Source of the DNA: the human T2T-CHM13v2.0 reference genome, Homo sapiens
DNA: 64,000 bases
Reading direction: 5' to 3' (one strand)
Assembly: GCF_009914755.1 (NCBI RefSeq)
Contig: NC_060927.1
Made by a program: the position numbers and the translations under genes. The notes beneath the pieces were generated by a model. The model was not told where the DNA came from. It searched no databases and saw only the letters and a list, made by a program, of their open reading frames with translations. Below, in pieces: positions 18,562-38,991 of the stretch. The first letter of the stretch is position 1, and each line of letters starts with the position of its first letter.

Positions 18562-19277
18562 CAGAGGAGGGTTCTGGGTCTGGATCTCTTCGTAAGGAGA
18601 ACCAGGGACTGGCCCTGGCCTGTGATTTGGGTCTCTTCCTGAGGAAACCAGGTCACTATAGTGACCCTAGTGACAGGAAGAAAGGGAGATGGGTGTGGCT
18701 GCCAGGACTTTCTCCAGTGGAAAAGGGATTCCCTCTAGGCTGAGCCTCCCCTGGGCCTTAGGGCCTCACCCTTCCCTTCCCCCACACCTGTCCTGGCAGG
18801 TAAGGCTGCTTCCTGCTTCCTGGGCCCAGATGGCAGCCGCACCACCCAGCTGATCTCCAGCAGCCCTCCCCCTCCCCAAGGGTGGCTTCCCTGCAGAAGA
18901 ATCTGCATGGCACGCTGTTGTCTTCTTTCTGGGGTCCATCTCCTGTACTGGGGAGGGAGAACCTCAGAATCTCCTGGAATTCTTTACCATTCAGAAACCA
19001 GCCTCCCCTCTGAAGAATCCCAAGGCCCAGCTGGGCTCAATTTGGATCTGTTCTTTGTTTTAAAAATGTGTATTTATTTAATTAACTGAATAAAGAAACT
19101 TAAAGTAAACCAGAAGTATCCAAATACGACATGAAATCTCTAAAACAACAACAAAACCAAACCAAACCGCAGCACTAGCAAATCACAGACTGCCTGATCT
19201 ACCCACTGTTTACAGAGGCAGCAGCTACTTCCAGCACTGTCTCTCATCAGTGCCCGGGGCTGTGGGTCTCATTCTAG

Positions 19278-19628
<351 letters not shown>

Positions 19629-20341
19629 CCTCCTTTTATTTTCGAATCCACTCAGGCCCTAGCTACTCCCATTGTCCCGACGTTCCAGGGTTAGTTAGCT
19701 TCCCTTCCTCTGTGCTGGGCCTGTGGGCTGTTGGCAGCTTCTTCCTGTTCCTACCACAACTTGCATTCTATTTTTTTCCTTTTTAATGATTTCTTGGATC
19801 ATATTCCCCAGAGTGACATTCCTGGGTTAAAGGGTGTGACCACATTTATGACTTGTATCATTGGCTGCCTAATTGCTCTCCCGAGAGATCTTGCAACAAA
19901 CAGGTTTTCCAGCCTCTGGAGACCACAGAGAGCCCTGGCAAGTGCCAGGACTGCTGTGGGGATAAAGCAGGAGGCTTCTTCCCTAAGCTCTTGAGGCTGT
20001 TGTGGGTAATGGTCCTTCATCCTTCAAGGCAAAGTTACCTCCAGCTTGGACTAAGGTTCATATATTCACTGCTTAGGTTGTGTTACATTGTGCTGACAAT
20101 GACACTAGCTTCAATTTGGGGGCACCTACTGGGTGTTAAGTGTGTTCTGTTGATCACCCCATTGAATTTTCATGCTAATCATTGATTGACAGCAACTACT
20201 GCCCTATCTCTAATGATCTGCTTCTGCAAGTCACTTAGAGAGTTCAGGGCTTAACACTGTCCTGGGCATGTGTTGCTTAGAAAATGGCGCCTGTTAATTA
20301 AATAAGGTGCTGTCTAATAATTATCTCAAAAGTAATGCCAG

Positions 20342-20676
<335 letters not shown>

Positions 20677-21870
20677 TCAAAATTAGGGGAGAACAGCCTG
20701 GTTGTTTGTTTCTGTTTGGTTGATCATACTCTTGCCATGGTTAGTATTATTATCTTTATTTAAAGATGGGAAACAGGAGTGAAGCCACTTGTGGAGGTGA
20801 CCCAGCTAGCTAGTAAATGGTGTCTGAAACCCAGGTCTGCCCAGCTGTTGAATTGGAGCCTTAACTGACTTGCCTTCCAGTTTCAGAGATGAGTAAAATA
20901 CAGCTTTTCTCTCCACATCAGAGGGTCCCTGCAACACTAGGTTTGCAAGTCTTAGGTGTTAGGGTGGTGGCTGGATACCCACACTCTGAACCTCTGACCT
21001 TGGACAAAATAGGGATGTCAGGGCCTTCCATGATTGGCAGGATGAATCCTCTGGGCTGTGATGAAGGTCTCACAAGTTGAGAGTCAGCCGGGAATTAAGT
21101 GGGATCAGTTTGCCTCTTGTGTTTTCCTCATTGTGTTTTGGTTGGTTGGTTGAGATTTCCTACTACCCAATGGATGATGTTTTATTCCATCGTCAGGGAA
21201 GGTATCATTGAATGAATACAGGGTTTTGTATGCTTTGGATAAGACCAGACAGTTGTGGAGTCATTAGAATTGTGTACATGCCTCCAGCTCTGAGATAGGT
21301 GGTGTTTCAACAGCTGCCAGAGGACTCTGGCTTTTCTGCCTAGAATTCACTGAAAGACAACCCTGGCTATTGATTCACATTTGTGGTTCATTGTAAGGTA
21401 GGCCCCTAGGCGCCATCCAAAAGTTGAAAATTTCCTTACGTTTCTTGTTATGTGATGGGCAGTTCATAGTGAGGACTCAGTGTCTTTAATTCCAGCTGTT
21501 TGCCAGGAGTTGGCAGTTTTATTTACTTGTTTTTCCAAAAACCTTTCTGACATGGGGCAGTCCAGCCAGCTGGGAGGAAAAGGGGTCTCTCAGCCCAAGA
21601 ATGATGATCAAGGCCTAGAAGTTTGGGTGGTGTGTTTTGTTTTGGGCCTTTAGAGAAAGGAATTGTTTCCTTTTCAGAGGATGTGGTCTAACCCTAAAGT
21701 TTACTTGACTGACTTAAACCAGGCCAGCGCCAGAGCAGGCAGGGTGCGTGTTCCCAAGACTTCGGGTCACTAGGCAGCTTCCAGGGTGGCGGGTCACTGG
21801 TCCAGTCAGCTCCTTTTCCTTCCTCTCCCTTTTGTGCTACTACTACCAAAATAATTTCCAAATAACCTTA

Positions 21871-22241
<371 letters not shown>

Positions 22242-22324
22242 GTAGCAAAGTAGCATGCTTTGTCAGAATTATTAATAACAAGTTGTGGGCCATGTACAAG
22301 GTGGCACATTAGCATTCAATGTCA

Positions 22325-22530
22325 CTTGTGTAGTAGTTAAGAGCAAGGATTCTTGGTTCAAATCCCACTTGCCACTAAGTAGCTATTAGAAACTTCTGTG
22401 CCTTGGTTTCCTTATCACTAAAATGGGGATAATAACTACCTTCTTAAAAGGCTGTTATAAAGATTAAACAAGTTAATAATTTTTAAAGTGCTTGGCACAG
22501 TTTATGGTACATAGTAAGTGCTCTGTGAAT
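22325..22530 (+). mobile_element. MIR
   Basis: ggttcaaatccc...aaaatggggataata...aaagtgcttggcacag...atagtaagtgctc. Confidence 0.8.
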
Positions 22531-23090
22531 GCCTGTTAATTAAATAAGGCACTGTTTAATAATCTCAAAAGTCATGCCGGAAAGGTTTGCACACTGAAAG
22601 GGCATTTGAAATCAGCGCGCTCTGGGGAGAACAGCTTGGTTGGCTAAGGTTGATCCTACTTGCTAAAATACGGCTATGGACTGCCTAGAGGGTGTCACCT
22701 CCTTGAAAGGGGCTGCCCCCTGCTATGTTATGGCTGCCTCCAGGGCCCATTCACACCAGCTTTGTTTCCAAGCTGGACAGGGAGCTCCAGGCGTCTGGTC
22801 ATTCCAGCCTCCCACCCCTTTCAGGAATCTCTGGGCCAAATCACTTCCAGATGGTGGTTGGGCCTCTGTGGAGTTCTCCCAGCAACGGCGGAGCCAGCAT
22901 GCCAGTCGGCAGCCGCCTTCGTTCTTGGAGAGTCTGAGCTAAAGGAGGGCTTTGATTTGGAGCCAAATTGTGTCTCTTGGGTCCTGGTTTTGTGCTGTGA
23001 GGCAGGTACCATGGAGTGGGCTGCTGGCTTAGTTGAGGATGGCTGCCCTGCTCCTTAGGGGAGCAGATACCCAGGGCCTGGAGCCTTTAG

Positions 23091-23436
<346 letters not shown>

Positions 23437-23879
23437 AACTTTGCTACATCAGTTTCCAGGTAGCATATCCTAGGCAAAACTGGATGTAGCCTAGTGATTC
23501 AGGGCCTCGGTCTGAAGCTAGACTGTCTGGATTCTAATCCGCACTCTGCCTGATACCAGCTGTGCAACTCTAGTCCACTGCTTTAACCTTTCTGTGCCTG
23601 CTTCCCTGTCTATAAAATGCAAGAGCAAAATAGTTGCTATCTTAGAGTTGCTGGGAGCATTATATTTGATGAGGTTAAGTTATAGCACAGTGTTGTCATT
23701 ATCACTATGAATATTGTGCTTTTGGACCCAAGTCCAGGACTTTGTCTTGTCTTCTGTCTATTCTCTGGCCAGTCCAGATATTTTTGGAATCCTATTGCTG
23801 TCATCTGGTGTGTTAGCTGTTCCCTTTCTCCAAGTTCAGAACGTCTGATGAAGATGTCTCCCAAGATCCTTTCTTCCTT

Positions 23880-24430
23880 TCCTCATTCAACAAATATATG
23901 AAAGCCCATCTCTGAACCAGGCCCTGTGCTGGGTGCTAGGACAACAGGAATGAGAGGATCATGTCCTTTGCTTGCCTCAGATACTGCTCAGAGGAGAAGA
24001 GACAAGCAAGCAGGGAGAGCCATGCAGAGGAGAGCTGCTCAAACCTTCAGGCCCATGCTCATCACCTGGGGACTTTGTTAAAAATGCAGGTCTGATTGAG
24101 TAGGTGCTGGGGTGTAGGCTGGGATTCTGCGTTTCCAGTCAGCTTCAGATCCTGCTGTCTGTGCACCGTGCTGTAAGTAGCAAGGATCTAGGTGCCAAGC
24201 CCTCTGAAAAGGAGGAGCACCTGCCCCTAGGCTGGGTATGGGTAATCTAGAAGGTTCCCTGGAGGAAGGGACCTTTCAGCTAAGACCTAAAGCGTGACTA
24301 GAATTAGGCAGGCAAACAGACATTTACACAGGAGCAGACGAGTGTGTCAGTTTAGAGGTCTTGATGCTCAGGTCAGAGGGGCAGTGGAGGGGTGGGCAGG
24401 GCTGGTTTACCAAGGGCTTTCTGAAACTGG
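23880..24430 (-). mobile_element. L2 remnant with a MER5-type insertion (~24035-24185)
   Basis: cattcaacaaatat...ccaggccctgtgctgggtgctagg; ttgttaaaaatgcaggtctgattgagtagg. Confidence 0.65.
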
Positions 24431-24458
24431 AGGCTGCCTATGGGGTATGCTCCTTGAG

Positions 24459-24763
24459 TTTGTTTGTTTGTTTTTTTTTTTGAGTTGGAGTTTCAATCTT
24501 GTTTCCTAGGCTGGAGTGCAGTACAGTGGCATGATCTCGGCTCACTGCAGCCTCCATCTCCCGGGTTCAAGAGATTCTCCTGCCTGAGCCTCCCAAGTAG
24601 CTGGAATTATAGGCATGTGCACACCTGGCTAATTTTGTATTTTTAGTAGATATGGTGTTTCACCATGTTGGTCAGGCTGGCCTCGAACTCCTGACCTCAG
24701 GTGATCCACCCACCTAGCCTCCCAAAGTGCTGGGATTACAGGCGTGAGCCACGGCATCCAGCC
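24459..24763 (-). mobile_element. AluS
   Basis: Antisense dimer. Confidence 0.9.
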
Positions 24764-25569
24764 CCTTGTTTAGTGTAGGGTAGTAAACCCAGCCAAAAGG
24801 GGTCGTTTATCTCAGGGGTCTCACCTGTTGCTCCAGTCATTCCTATTAGCAGAAAGTTTTGTATGTGCCCTTCCTCATATATATATATATTTATATATGT
24901 ATTTATATATATTTATAAGTTATAAACATACTCTACTGTCAATTTGTATATTAAATATTAGTAAATCTTAGTTTCTTTTTAGATGACAAATCCAAATATA
25001 AAATCTGTTTTTTTCCTGGCTCTAACGGATTATCTTATGTCCCCTTGGGGTGGACATACCTCTTTTGGAGGCTCCCGTGAAGGTTTGTGTTTCTACATTT
25101 AGTTTTTTTCTTTTTTCCATATTCTTGTTATTCTGCTTTTAATTTTCATCTTTGAGTATTCTAAATTAAGGAGCTGGATCTGTAATTGTAACACCTTCCC
25201 CCAACAATAAGTTTAACTAATGAAAATATTCAATGGAATGAGCCATTTTAATCTAAATGGGGCTATTTCCTGCTTTTATAATGATTACAGTTGCTTTTCA
25301 TGACATTCTACTAGAAGCCATCTTACATTACTGTTGTAAATCTAGTTATTCATTAAACGGGCACAGTAATCCCTAAATTGGCTCAGGTTATTGTATAATA
25401 AACAACAATACTTTCTTCTTCAGGAGCTTGAGAAGTGATCTTGTATTTTTAAGGTGCCTAACTAACTTTTCATGGGAAACTGAGTCCATGTACTGGGAAG
25501 AAAGCTTTTTGGGGAAAATGATTAGAAAACCAAATGGGTCTCTTTATGACTGAAGTGATGAACCAGTAG

Positions 25570-26073
<504 letters not shown>

Positions 26074-26719
26074 TGATAAACTGTAGATGGTTGTTGTAAC
26101 TCTTCTGCAAACTGTTTATTTTTAAAAACAATTTGATGAGATTTTACTTATGCCCATTGTTTGAGTACAGCATTTACCAAAGAACAATTTTGGCCAGATC
26201 CCATGCAGTAGAATGCCCTTGGCCAAAATTTTCTTGTACTATAAGCAAAGAAGCAGTTTGGTTTTTCACTTAGGCAAGACTGCCTATCAGACTGAGTTAT
26301 TGTGACAGAGCCGCTGACTCTCTCCCTTTCCCCATTATCAAAATCTGGCTTTTCTAAGCAGCGCATGTAAAAAGCTTGGCAAGGAGGACCCTTGTCCTCC
26401 TACATATTATTCTTTGGCTCTTCTTGGTACCAAGAATACATACAAATAATGCTGGCTGTGTACTGAATGTTGAGGTGTGCACTGTTGAGGATATTCATCC
26501 TCTAATATAACATCTAGTATTTCTCACACCTTCCGTCTGCTGAGCATTGGTCTATCTTACTTATACTACTTCTAATCCTCGTGAACTCTGCAAAACTAGT
26601 GGCTTTACATCTATGAGAAAAGAAAAGAACTTTTATCGGAAGAAGGTGAGTCCTTTTAAAGTATCAGGCCTGGAAAGACATTAAATGAGACAGCGAACAC
26701 ATCCTGCTACCCTCTTTGA

Positions 26720-27225
<506 letters not shown>

Positions 27226-27254
27226 TATGTATTCATTTCTTAAAATTGGTTGCT

Positions 27255-27556
27255 GGCTAGGTGTGGTGGTACATGCCTGTCCTATAATCACAGCACTTTG
27301 GAAGGCCGGTGCTGGAGGATCTATTGAGGCCAGGAGTTTAAGACCAGCCTGGGTGAGATCACATCTCTACAAAAAAAAAAAAAAAAAAAAAAAATTATCT
27401 GGATGCAGTGGCACAAGCCTACATAGTTGTAGCTGCTTGGGAGGCTGAGTTGGGAGGATAGCTTGAGCCCAGGAGTTTGAGTCTGCAGTGAGCTATGATT
27501 GCGTCACTGCACTCTAGCCTGGGCGACAGAGTGAGACCCGTTTCTAAAACAAAGAA
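27255..27556 (+). mobile_element. AluJ
   Basis: Diverged dimer, expanded A linker. Confidence 0.87.
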
Positions 27557-28455
27557 ATTGCTATTGTCACAATTAGTTATAAATTAATCTAATAATGCTG
27601 CACGCAGTACCATAATCCACACCCTATAGCTTAACGATGGATGGCCAACCACTAATCAATGCTATTTCTGTACGCCAATGAGAATTCCTGACAAAAAACT
27701 TTGTATCAGCCCCACTCCCTGTCTGTCCCCTCTTTTGCTTTTAAAAACCTGCTTGTAACAAAGGCCAAACAGAGCTCATATCCAAGGTTACTTGGGCCTG
27801 AGTCTTTCAGGCAGCTGTCTTCACTTTGGCTCAAGTAAACTCTTTAATAGTTTAAATTTTAAGCCTCTGCCTCTTTCTTTTAGGTTGACATCTGTTTCCA
27901 TTTTACAGATGAGAAAACTGAGGCTCAGCTCTGCCTCACTTTACAGGTCAGGCTTAATCCCTAATCCCTGCCTGCATCATGCTGTAAAGGACTTTTGTGT
28001 CAAAACTGAGTTTCACACTCTGTAAAGTAAAATAGATATATTGTAGTGAGAGGGTGTAGAAGAGACTGTTTTCTGCTTCTGTGGATTTTTTTTCTTCCTG
28101 TTTTGCTTTGCTCCAAACTTTACTCATTTGCGCTTGATTCATGTGAAACTGAAATTTCCTTCTACAGAACAAAACTTTTTGGGGGCTACTTACCATATCT
28201 TTTCCCACACCGTGGAGCTCTGACTGGGACCTTTTCCAGTTTTTGGAGACATTGCTCCAGTTCTTTCCCTGCCTTTGGTTTCCAGGGGGCAGTAATGTCA
28301 CCGCAGGTGTGGACAGTAGGGACCAGCTAAAGGTTGCTTTGGAGGAGGTGGGCAGGGCTTTTGTTTGTGAGGTCTAGAAACCAGAGGTGAGGAAGGAGGT
28401 GTCCCTGGAACTCCCCCTGGCTGCAGGGCTCACAGCACACACCATGACACCACAG

Positions 28456-28457
<2 letters not shown>

Positions 28458-28500
<43 letters not shown>
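28458..28500. repeat. (TG)n microsatellite, about 21 units
   Basis: Seen directly. Confidence 0.97.
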
Positions 28501-28502
<2 letters not shown>

Positions 28503-30146
28503 GAGGGGAGTGTTGTTGAGAGCCAACTATGCCAGGAGATCCTTGGTGACAGCGGACATAGGCACAGCTATGCTCTGTCAGGAATGAGTTCACCCACACC
28601 CTTTTCTTCTGCTACCTTGTTTAACTGGTGGGAGGGTGTGCTGGGTTGTGTTTGCTGGTGAGCCCAGCAACTGCACCCTTCTTTCCAGGCCTAGCACCCA
28701 GCCTTTATCAGTCTCATGGCCCTGGCACAAGTGGGCAGCCTGCTTCCAATCCAAGCAGGCAGCTTTCCGCTCATCTGCAGGTAGCCTCGTGCTGTGGCAG
28801 CACAAAGTTGTGTGAGCCAGAGCTGAACTTGTGATCCCCACGGGCATCTCCTGAGGCGCACCTCTCCTGAGAGAGAAAGCTGGTCCGTCCAGCCCATTCA
28901 GGGCTCAGCCTCCCCAGCCGTCGCAGGGCTGGCTTGCTGAAAGGTCTGGGTGTTAACACAGCACTCCTGTTCTCTCTCTCTGAAGGCCCTTTATGCTGGC
29001 ATGAATTCCTTTTCTCATAGAGATCTGAAAGCTCTTTTGACTAAATGGGTCACCTTTCTGAGTATTTTCATAAGGCTGTCAGCCTTTACCGTGCCAGACA
29101 AGTTTTCTGGAATTTCCTTTCCAGAAAAAAAAAAAAAAAAGGCTACTAAAGAGGTTGGAGTTATTTGGAACACAGGGTGGAATTCTGGCATTCGAACTAT
29201 AGGGAAACGGGTGGGGATTTGTGGCAGGCACTATGTAAATTTGCCGCAAGCCCATAAATTCAGACTTTAAGATGAAAGATGGCAAGCAGCAGTCAGCTTT
29301 CCTTCAACAGGCAGGAACGGTGCTACCTTCCGCCTGTGCTGAGTGTGACTGAGGGAGAGGCAGGCCTCCTAGGGAGGCCGGGGCAGGAAAGGTTTCTTGG
29401 TGGCTAAAATAGGATTTCTCAGTTTCCCCTGTGTCCCAAGAAAATAAGTTCTTATCATGCTTGTACCACACTTCTTGTGCGTATCACCCTGGTTTCCCTG
29501 CACCTCCTTGAAGTGGTTTATCAGATTCCAGGGACACAAGAATGGTTTGGCATCTACAGCCTATTGTGGGAGCAGGGGCCCGGCCTGGTGCTTCTTGCCC
29601 AGGAACAAACTGATTGTTCCCTTGGTGTGGGGTAAAGCAGGCCAGAGTATGGGACCAGGCCCTGCCTCCCAGGGGACCTGAGGTGCAAGGTCTTTGAGCT
29701 GAGACCCTAAAAGGCCTTTGTGAGTCTGTAGTGCTATCAGTTGAGCAGAGTTCAGGGTTCTGTTTACAAGATTCCCTCTCAGCAGAGGCAGGGAGGGGTA
29801 CCTGCTGGAAGACCAGGAATGTGCTGCTGCTGGGATGGGGGCCCTCGGTGGAGCTTCTAGCCATCTGGAGGCAGAACCCAGAATGTGTTCTGAGTGAGGC
29901 GCCTTGGCAGAGTTGGCTTGAAAGCACCTAGGCAGTGGCTTGTCACATTCCTTATCTCCACCAAAGGAGGCAAGCTAGCACCTGGGGGATGGCTCTCCCA
30001 TCAGGGAGTCCTTTACAGGATGTGATCCAGGTGTCACATTACACTTCCTGCAGGTGTGCACCTCTTACCTAATTGTCTCTCCTATCCCTTTTTCTCAGCA
30101 CTATTGTCTGACATCCATGGGGAGTCACACCCAAAGTTGGGCATGA

Positions 30147-30477
<331 letters not shown>

Positions 30478-30976
30478 ACACTGCCCTCTTACTGAGCCGT
30501 ATTGGTGTTCTAAATGGCCTTCTTACTCTCCCACGGGTCATCAGTGCTCCAGGGGCAGGCGCTGTGTCTCTTGTTTACCTCTGTGGCTCTGACCTTGGCA
30601 CTTAATAGGAATTTAATAAATAACTTGTTAAATAAACAGTCTCTAGTATAATAGCTTGAGTATTAAGACTGGTACATTGACTTATTTGCAATTCAGAAAA
30701 TGCAAAACAGTGGTTCTTTGCTGCCTTTAGTGAAGTGGGAATTATATGTAGTAGACAACTGGGTCTGGGGCCCCAGTGGAACACTTCGTTTTTGGACTGT
30801 GATGCTGAACTTAAAGAACTCAGCAGTTCATGTTCATTCTCTGGACATCTGTGATTTGCTTCAACAACTGTTAGAGAACAAGGCCTTTTCCAGGTGAAGC
30901 TCAGAAAATGAATTTAATAGGAAATTACTGAAAGTCACAATCATAGTAACAGTTTCATTAGTTACAGTGAATATAG

Positions 30977-31787
<811 letters not shown>

Positions 31788-33043
31788 GAAATTCAATTCT
31801 AATAAATTTTTATTGGAGCATTAAAAAGTTACATCTGTAGTTGTTACTCTTTGCAAAAAATTGCAAGAACACAGAAAAATATAAAGAAAAAAATCACCTG
31901 TGAAGAATTTTAATGAATCTTTTTCTACTTTTAGGCGATTTTGCTTACAGCTGCCTTTTAATCAGAATAGGGAAGAAAGAGATTCCTTTCTCAGGAAAAA
32001 AGTGACTGTGGACTGGAAATGCTTTGTGAAATAATTTTGGTCATACTGATGGTTATAACAAGATTCGTCTTCAATTGAGTTATTGCTGAGCTTTGTCCAA
32101 CATTAAAATGAAAGGTCTCATTTGAGTCTCATTGTGGTTTGCAAGTCTCCCTTGGTCTAGAAATATGTTTGGTCAACCACGGCATGGAGGTGTTCCAGCC
32201 ACTTTCTGTCTCTTAAAAGTTTTTAGGACCTACTTTTATTGGGACTGCCAGGGTCTCTTAATAATAGTTATTATACTTGGTAACTATTGTGACCTTGTCT
32301 CATAGGCAGCCCAGCATAGAAACTCATTTAGCTTTTAGTTGCTCAGCTCCATTAGCTGTTTAAACATGTTTCAGATGTGAGCCTGACAATGTACTTGGGC
32401 AGCTTGGTTCACCCTTGACTGCCTGGGAACTTTGAGAAGTCTGAAAATTATATGTAGCCCTAAGGTCTTCATGGTATTGTTTTTTTGGAGGCACCATTTC
32501 CCAATAGCCCTGAGGACACCAGGCCCATGAAGCCATCCTGTCTCAGCCAGGAGGCAGAGGAGATGGAATGGAAACCACTTCTGGATACAGATCCAGCCAC
32601 TTCCGGAGTGCTTCAGAGCATGGGTCAGATAGACCTTGCTGCTTTCTAGCTGGCAGACTTGGGGAAGGTTGTTTGACCTCTCTGAGTTTGTGTCCCAGAC
32701 TATAGCAGTACCCCCTTACTGGCGTTATCGAAGATAAAATGATATAATCCTGATAAATCACTTGACCCAGTCCTTGGAGGTGGTGGTGGGGGCTGGGGTA
32801 AGTGCCCCATGAATGGTGGTCATCATGCTCCCCACCAACCTCCTTTCTCTCTTCTCCTTTCCCGTCTTTCACACCCCTAATTCCTGGACCTGGGGGTGGT
32901 CTCTCCAGACTAGATGAAGAAGCAATCTAATTATCTAGGAAGGTGAAAGGTGGTTGGGAATACTCCCAGAAATAGGTCAAAGATACCGCCTCCTACCTAA
33001 CAGACTCTTTTTAGAAGAAGAGGCAACCTGGGTTTTTGGATAA

Positions 33044-33833
<790 letters not shown>

Positions 33834-34059
33834 TTCCCTCTCATTTTTTTTTCTTTCCTGGTTTTGCCTGTCCCAGACCACCCTCTTGGAAAGATGCTCT
33901 CCCAGCAGCGGCAGTAAGGTCCTGGTCTTGTGTTTGCTCCTGGGCCTGAGTCTTGGCTTTGCTGCTTTGTAGCTAGCTGGCTGACACCAGGGAGCTGCTT
34001 CCCTCCAGGAGCCTGTCGTCCATATGCTGAATGTGATCCTTAAATGCTCTGTCTTACAG

Positions 34060-34345
<286 letters not shown>

Positions 34346-35499
34346 TGTTCTGCCTTACAGAGTTCTTAGGTATAAAAGAGAAGGTGCCTCTAAAGCTCTT
34401 GGCACCGTGCCTGGCTTATAGTAAGTGCTTGGTAAACGTCAGCTGCTGCTGTTGTGGTGTTAGTATCAGCATTGTTGCTGTGAGACCCTGCACTTCCCAC
34501 TTAGCCTTGGAAAAATAAGTCTTCACGTTAATGCCATGGGCTACCGCTTCTCTTTTCAGGGCTTCTTGGAGGAGGGTGGAGATGGAGAGACAGGTGGGGG
34601 ACTGCCAGGGTTACATCCTCCATGAGGCTGAGGCTGTGCTGACTGCCTTGTGTGCTTTCAACCTGGAGTAAAGGGTGGCTGTGCCAGCTGCTCCCATCCC
34701 CCAGGAGTCTGACTCGTCCCTGCCTTGGCCCTGGGCAGCACTTTCCCTCCTAGCTCTTTGGCATCTGGGGTCATGGTGGGGCCGCCTGCCATCTGTCAAA
34801 ATTTTTGCTGCCCTGGGTGTGGTGGTAAACCCCCGCACTATCCAACTTGGTGTCATGGAGCTGGCGACAATATTTTTACAGTGGTTAGTGCTTGGAAACT
34901 GGACTTCTGGGTTATGCCCTGTACAAACAGCATCAAAGTCGCTGGGCTAGGGTGACAGAGGAGGCTGCCAACAGGGAATTCTGTGGCTCCTGGGACAGGA
35001 ATGGATATGGGAGGTTGGGGGCCAGTATTTTCGGTTCTCTTGAGGAGTTGGCGAGTATTAGTCTTTGCCCTGATGGATAGAAGGAATCTGTCTGTGTCTT
35101 GCATGAACCGTGTACTTCCCCCAGTTACTCCTTGGACACCAGCTGCCTGCTGTTCATAATTGGGCCAGATTTCTAATACTGCAGCGCTACCAAATGTCAG
35201 TTTTAGGCCATCTCTGGTGTAGCCAGGGAACGCCCAACACCTTTCCCAAAGGTAGAATTTGTGTGGGTTTTACTTCACTGAGTGACTAATGCAGATCTTT
35301 ATGTTTTAATGATGGGAAGAAATTCGTCAGCCTGGGTACTTTTTCCATGTGATGGGGCAAAAATTTAAAACACTTGCACAACGGCTTTTGTTTCTCCAGC
35401 TACTAAAGGTGACTGTCATTTAGGCATTATCAGTATGATCAGCTGATGTTAACCCACTCCCCTTCTGGAGACCCGTTTCTGTTTCTGGGAAAGGTGTAG

Positions 35500-35984
<485 letters not shown>

Positions 35985-36867
35985 CAGACCCTGGCTCTTA
36001 CTCCTAGGTCTACCTCTACCATCACTGGGGCCCTCGCCTGAACCTTTTGCCCCATCTATAAAATGGGAGAACTAGACTAGGTCTGTGTCCCCCAAGCTTC
36101 AATCATTTGTAAAGGAACCACCTTTACTATTTTGCCATATCCCACGGCTGTCTCTATTTCATTTTTCACTTAATATTATTTTCCCCTGCAGTTGACTCAC
36201 TTGTAAAACAAATGTATTTGAAAAGGAGACTTTGTGTCACTATAATAATGGAAAAACAGCGTCACTAGGTAAATGGAAGGTAACCATAAATAAACCCCAA
36301 ACAGTTATTAAATTCCAGCCAGCACTGTTGCCTGTTCACAACATGAGGCATACTCTCTTTTGGTTAAAAAGGGAAATTAGCAAGAGATGGAGAGGTGTTG
36401 AAGGTAACCTAGCACTACATTGAGCCTTTTCCTTGACCTGCTCAGGAGGATTGAGAAAGAACTAGGAGAACTGGGAAGAGAATAACGTCTTTTTGTGATG
36501 CAAAGTGCCTGAGTGTGACCAAGAGCTCAGAGTAGTAATGTATAGATGCTTTGTTTGGATACTTATGCAGCCATTACCATGTGCCAGGGGTGTAGAGGGG
36601 CTAGGAGTATAGAGGGGATTGGGACTTGTTCACTGACTTCTGGTTGCTTGTGGTCTAGTAGTGGGGAGGTGGTCATAGAATATTGAATACAAACGAAGAT
36701 CGAACAGGCTGCAGGGGTTTAATAGGAAAATCACAGGACTAAATTCTGTCATGTGTACATGGGGTCTACAAATAAGAGTTGTTTAGAATTTTTTTTAATT
36801 TAAATTTCCCATGAAATATAAATCTATTTCATTCCAGAATGATTCTAGAGAAGCTCTAAATACATTA

Positions 36868-37492
<625 letters not shown>

Positions 37493-37906
37493 AATGTGTC
37501 ATTGTTTGTTGTTTTTATGGTGTTATGACAATGATCCATCTTAACCCTTTATGTAGTGGTAACTAACTTTCTCTTTTCCTAAAAGCTGATTTGAGTTTTA
37601 GGTTCTCTTGGAGTCTGTGACAATTGTAAATAGATAAGATATAACAAAATGGCCTGAAATACTCTTGCAACACTCATATTTCCCCCCTCAGATTAGCATG
37701 TTCTATACTCTCTGCAAAGCAAGATATACACCAGAATTAGGCCTCTAAAAAGCCTCATACTGCTAATCTCTGGGAATGAATGGTGTTCTTTGGGATAATG
37801 GGATATGAAGCTCAGTCTGATTTTTCTGTTCTGCTGGTAGCTTAGGGCCCCCTTTCTTCTGTTGGGTTTTTTGGGAGAAGGGAAGTTGTGATTAAGAATG
37901 AGAATT

Positions 37907-38213
37907 CTTTTTTTTTTTTTTTGTCTCAAGAGTCTTGCTCTGTCGCCCAGGCTGGAGTGCAATGGCTCGATCTTGGCTCACTGCAGTCTTCACCTCCTGG
38001 TGTCAAGCGATTCTCCTGCCTTAGCCTCCAAGTAGCTGGGAATACAGGCACCTGCCACCATGCCTGGCTAATTTTTTGTATTTTTAGTAAAGATGGGGTT
38101 TCACCATGTTGGCCAGGCTGGTCTCGAACTACTGACCCCATGATCCCAACCCCCCCCACCTCCCCGGCCTCCCAAAGTGCTGGGATTATAGGGGGGAGCC
38201 ACTGCATCCAGCC
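37907..38213 (-). mobile_element. AluS
   Basis: TSD aagaatgagaatt. Confidence 0.92.
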
Positions 38214-38991
38214 AAGAATGAGAATTTGGGAGTCAGGCACCTCTGGGATTGAATCTGGAATTGACTGAGTGACATGCTTTCTCTGAGGCCTCCGTCCTCA
38301 CTGCTCTCATCTATAAACTGGGAATAATCATAGTTTCTATCTGAAACAGTGGGTGTGAAGATTTAACGAGCTAAATTGTAAAGTGCCTGAGACATGGGAA
38401 GAAGTCAGGATGTGCTAATGGGTAATCTTACACTTCCCCAATGGAAAGGGCCAGGTTTATATTACTCTAGGCTGGTAGTAAGCGAGGCAAAGGAGATATC
38501 AGGTTTCAGCTTTGTTAGAACATGCTAATGGCACCAGGACACTCAGAAGAGATACAGAGTTTGAGACAAATGGCACCATGAGCCCTGAGACATTGTGTAT
38601 GGGGTGAATCGGATAGCAAGAATAGACTTCAAGGAGGGAAGTAGGGCAGTTAGAATCCTTTCAGCTGCAAGGAACTGAAAACTGGCTCACATAGAAGGAA
38701 AATGATTGGCTCATGTCAGCAAGCCTAGATGCAGAGCAAGTTATGGGTTTCAGGGATCCAGCATCTAAATGATGTCATCAAGAACCCAAGTTTTTTGGGT
38801 CTCTGCTCTGTTGGTTTCTTTCATCCTAAAGCTGGTTCTCCTGTGGTTTACCATAGTAGAGTTCCTGTGAGAACTCCACTCTGACCAATCAGGCCTTCCC
38901 AGAGCCAGGGATGGATGGAGTCGCTTCTTTTGAGGCCCATGGGTCCTATCTGGAGGGGATGGATCCAGACTCCTATCAGGAATCTAAGAGG

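Noticed and set aside
18096-18743. His/Thr-rich and Cys/Val-rich ORFs
   Set aside because: Products of the TG/CA low-complexity tract
36085-36345. Possible old hAT/Charlie fragment (similar uncertain MLT-like stretches near 38650-38950, 43030-43440 and 51760-52230)
   Set aside because: Too diverged to assign a family or boundaries by eye
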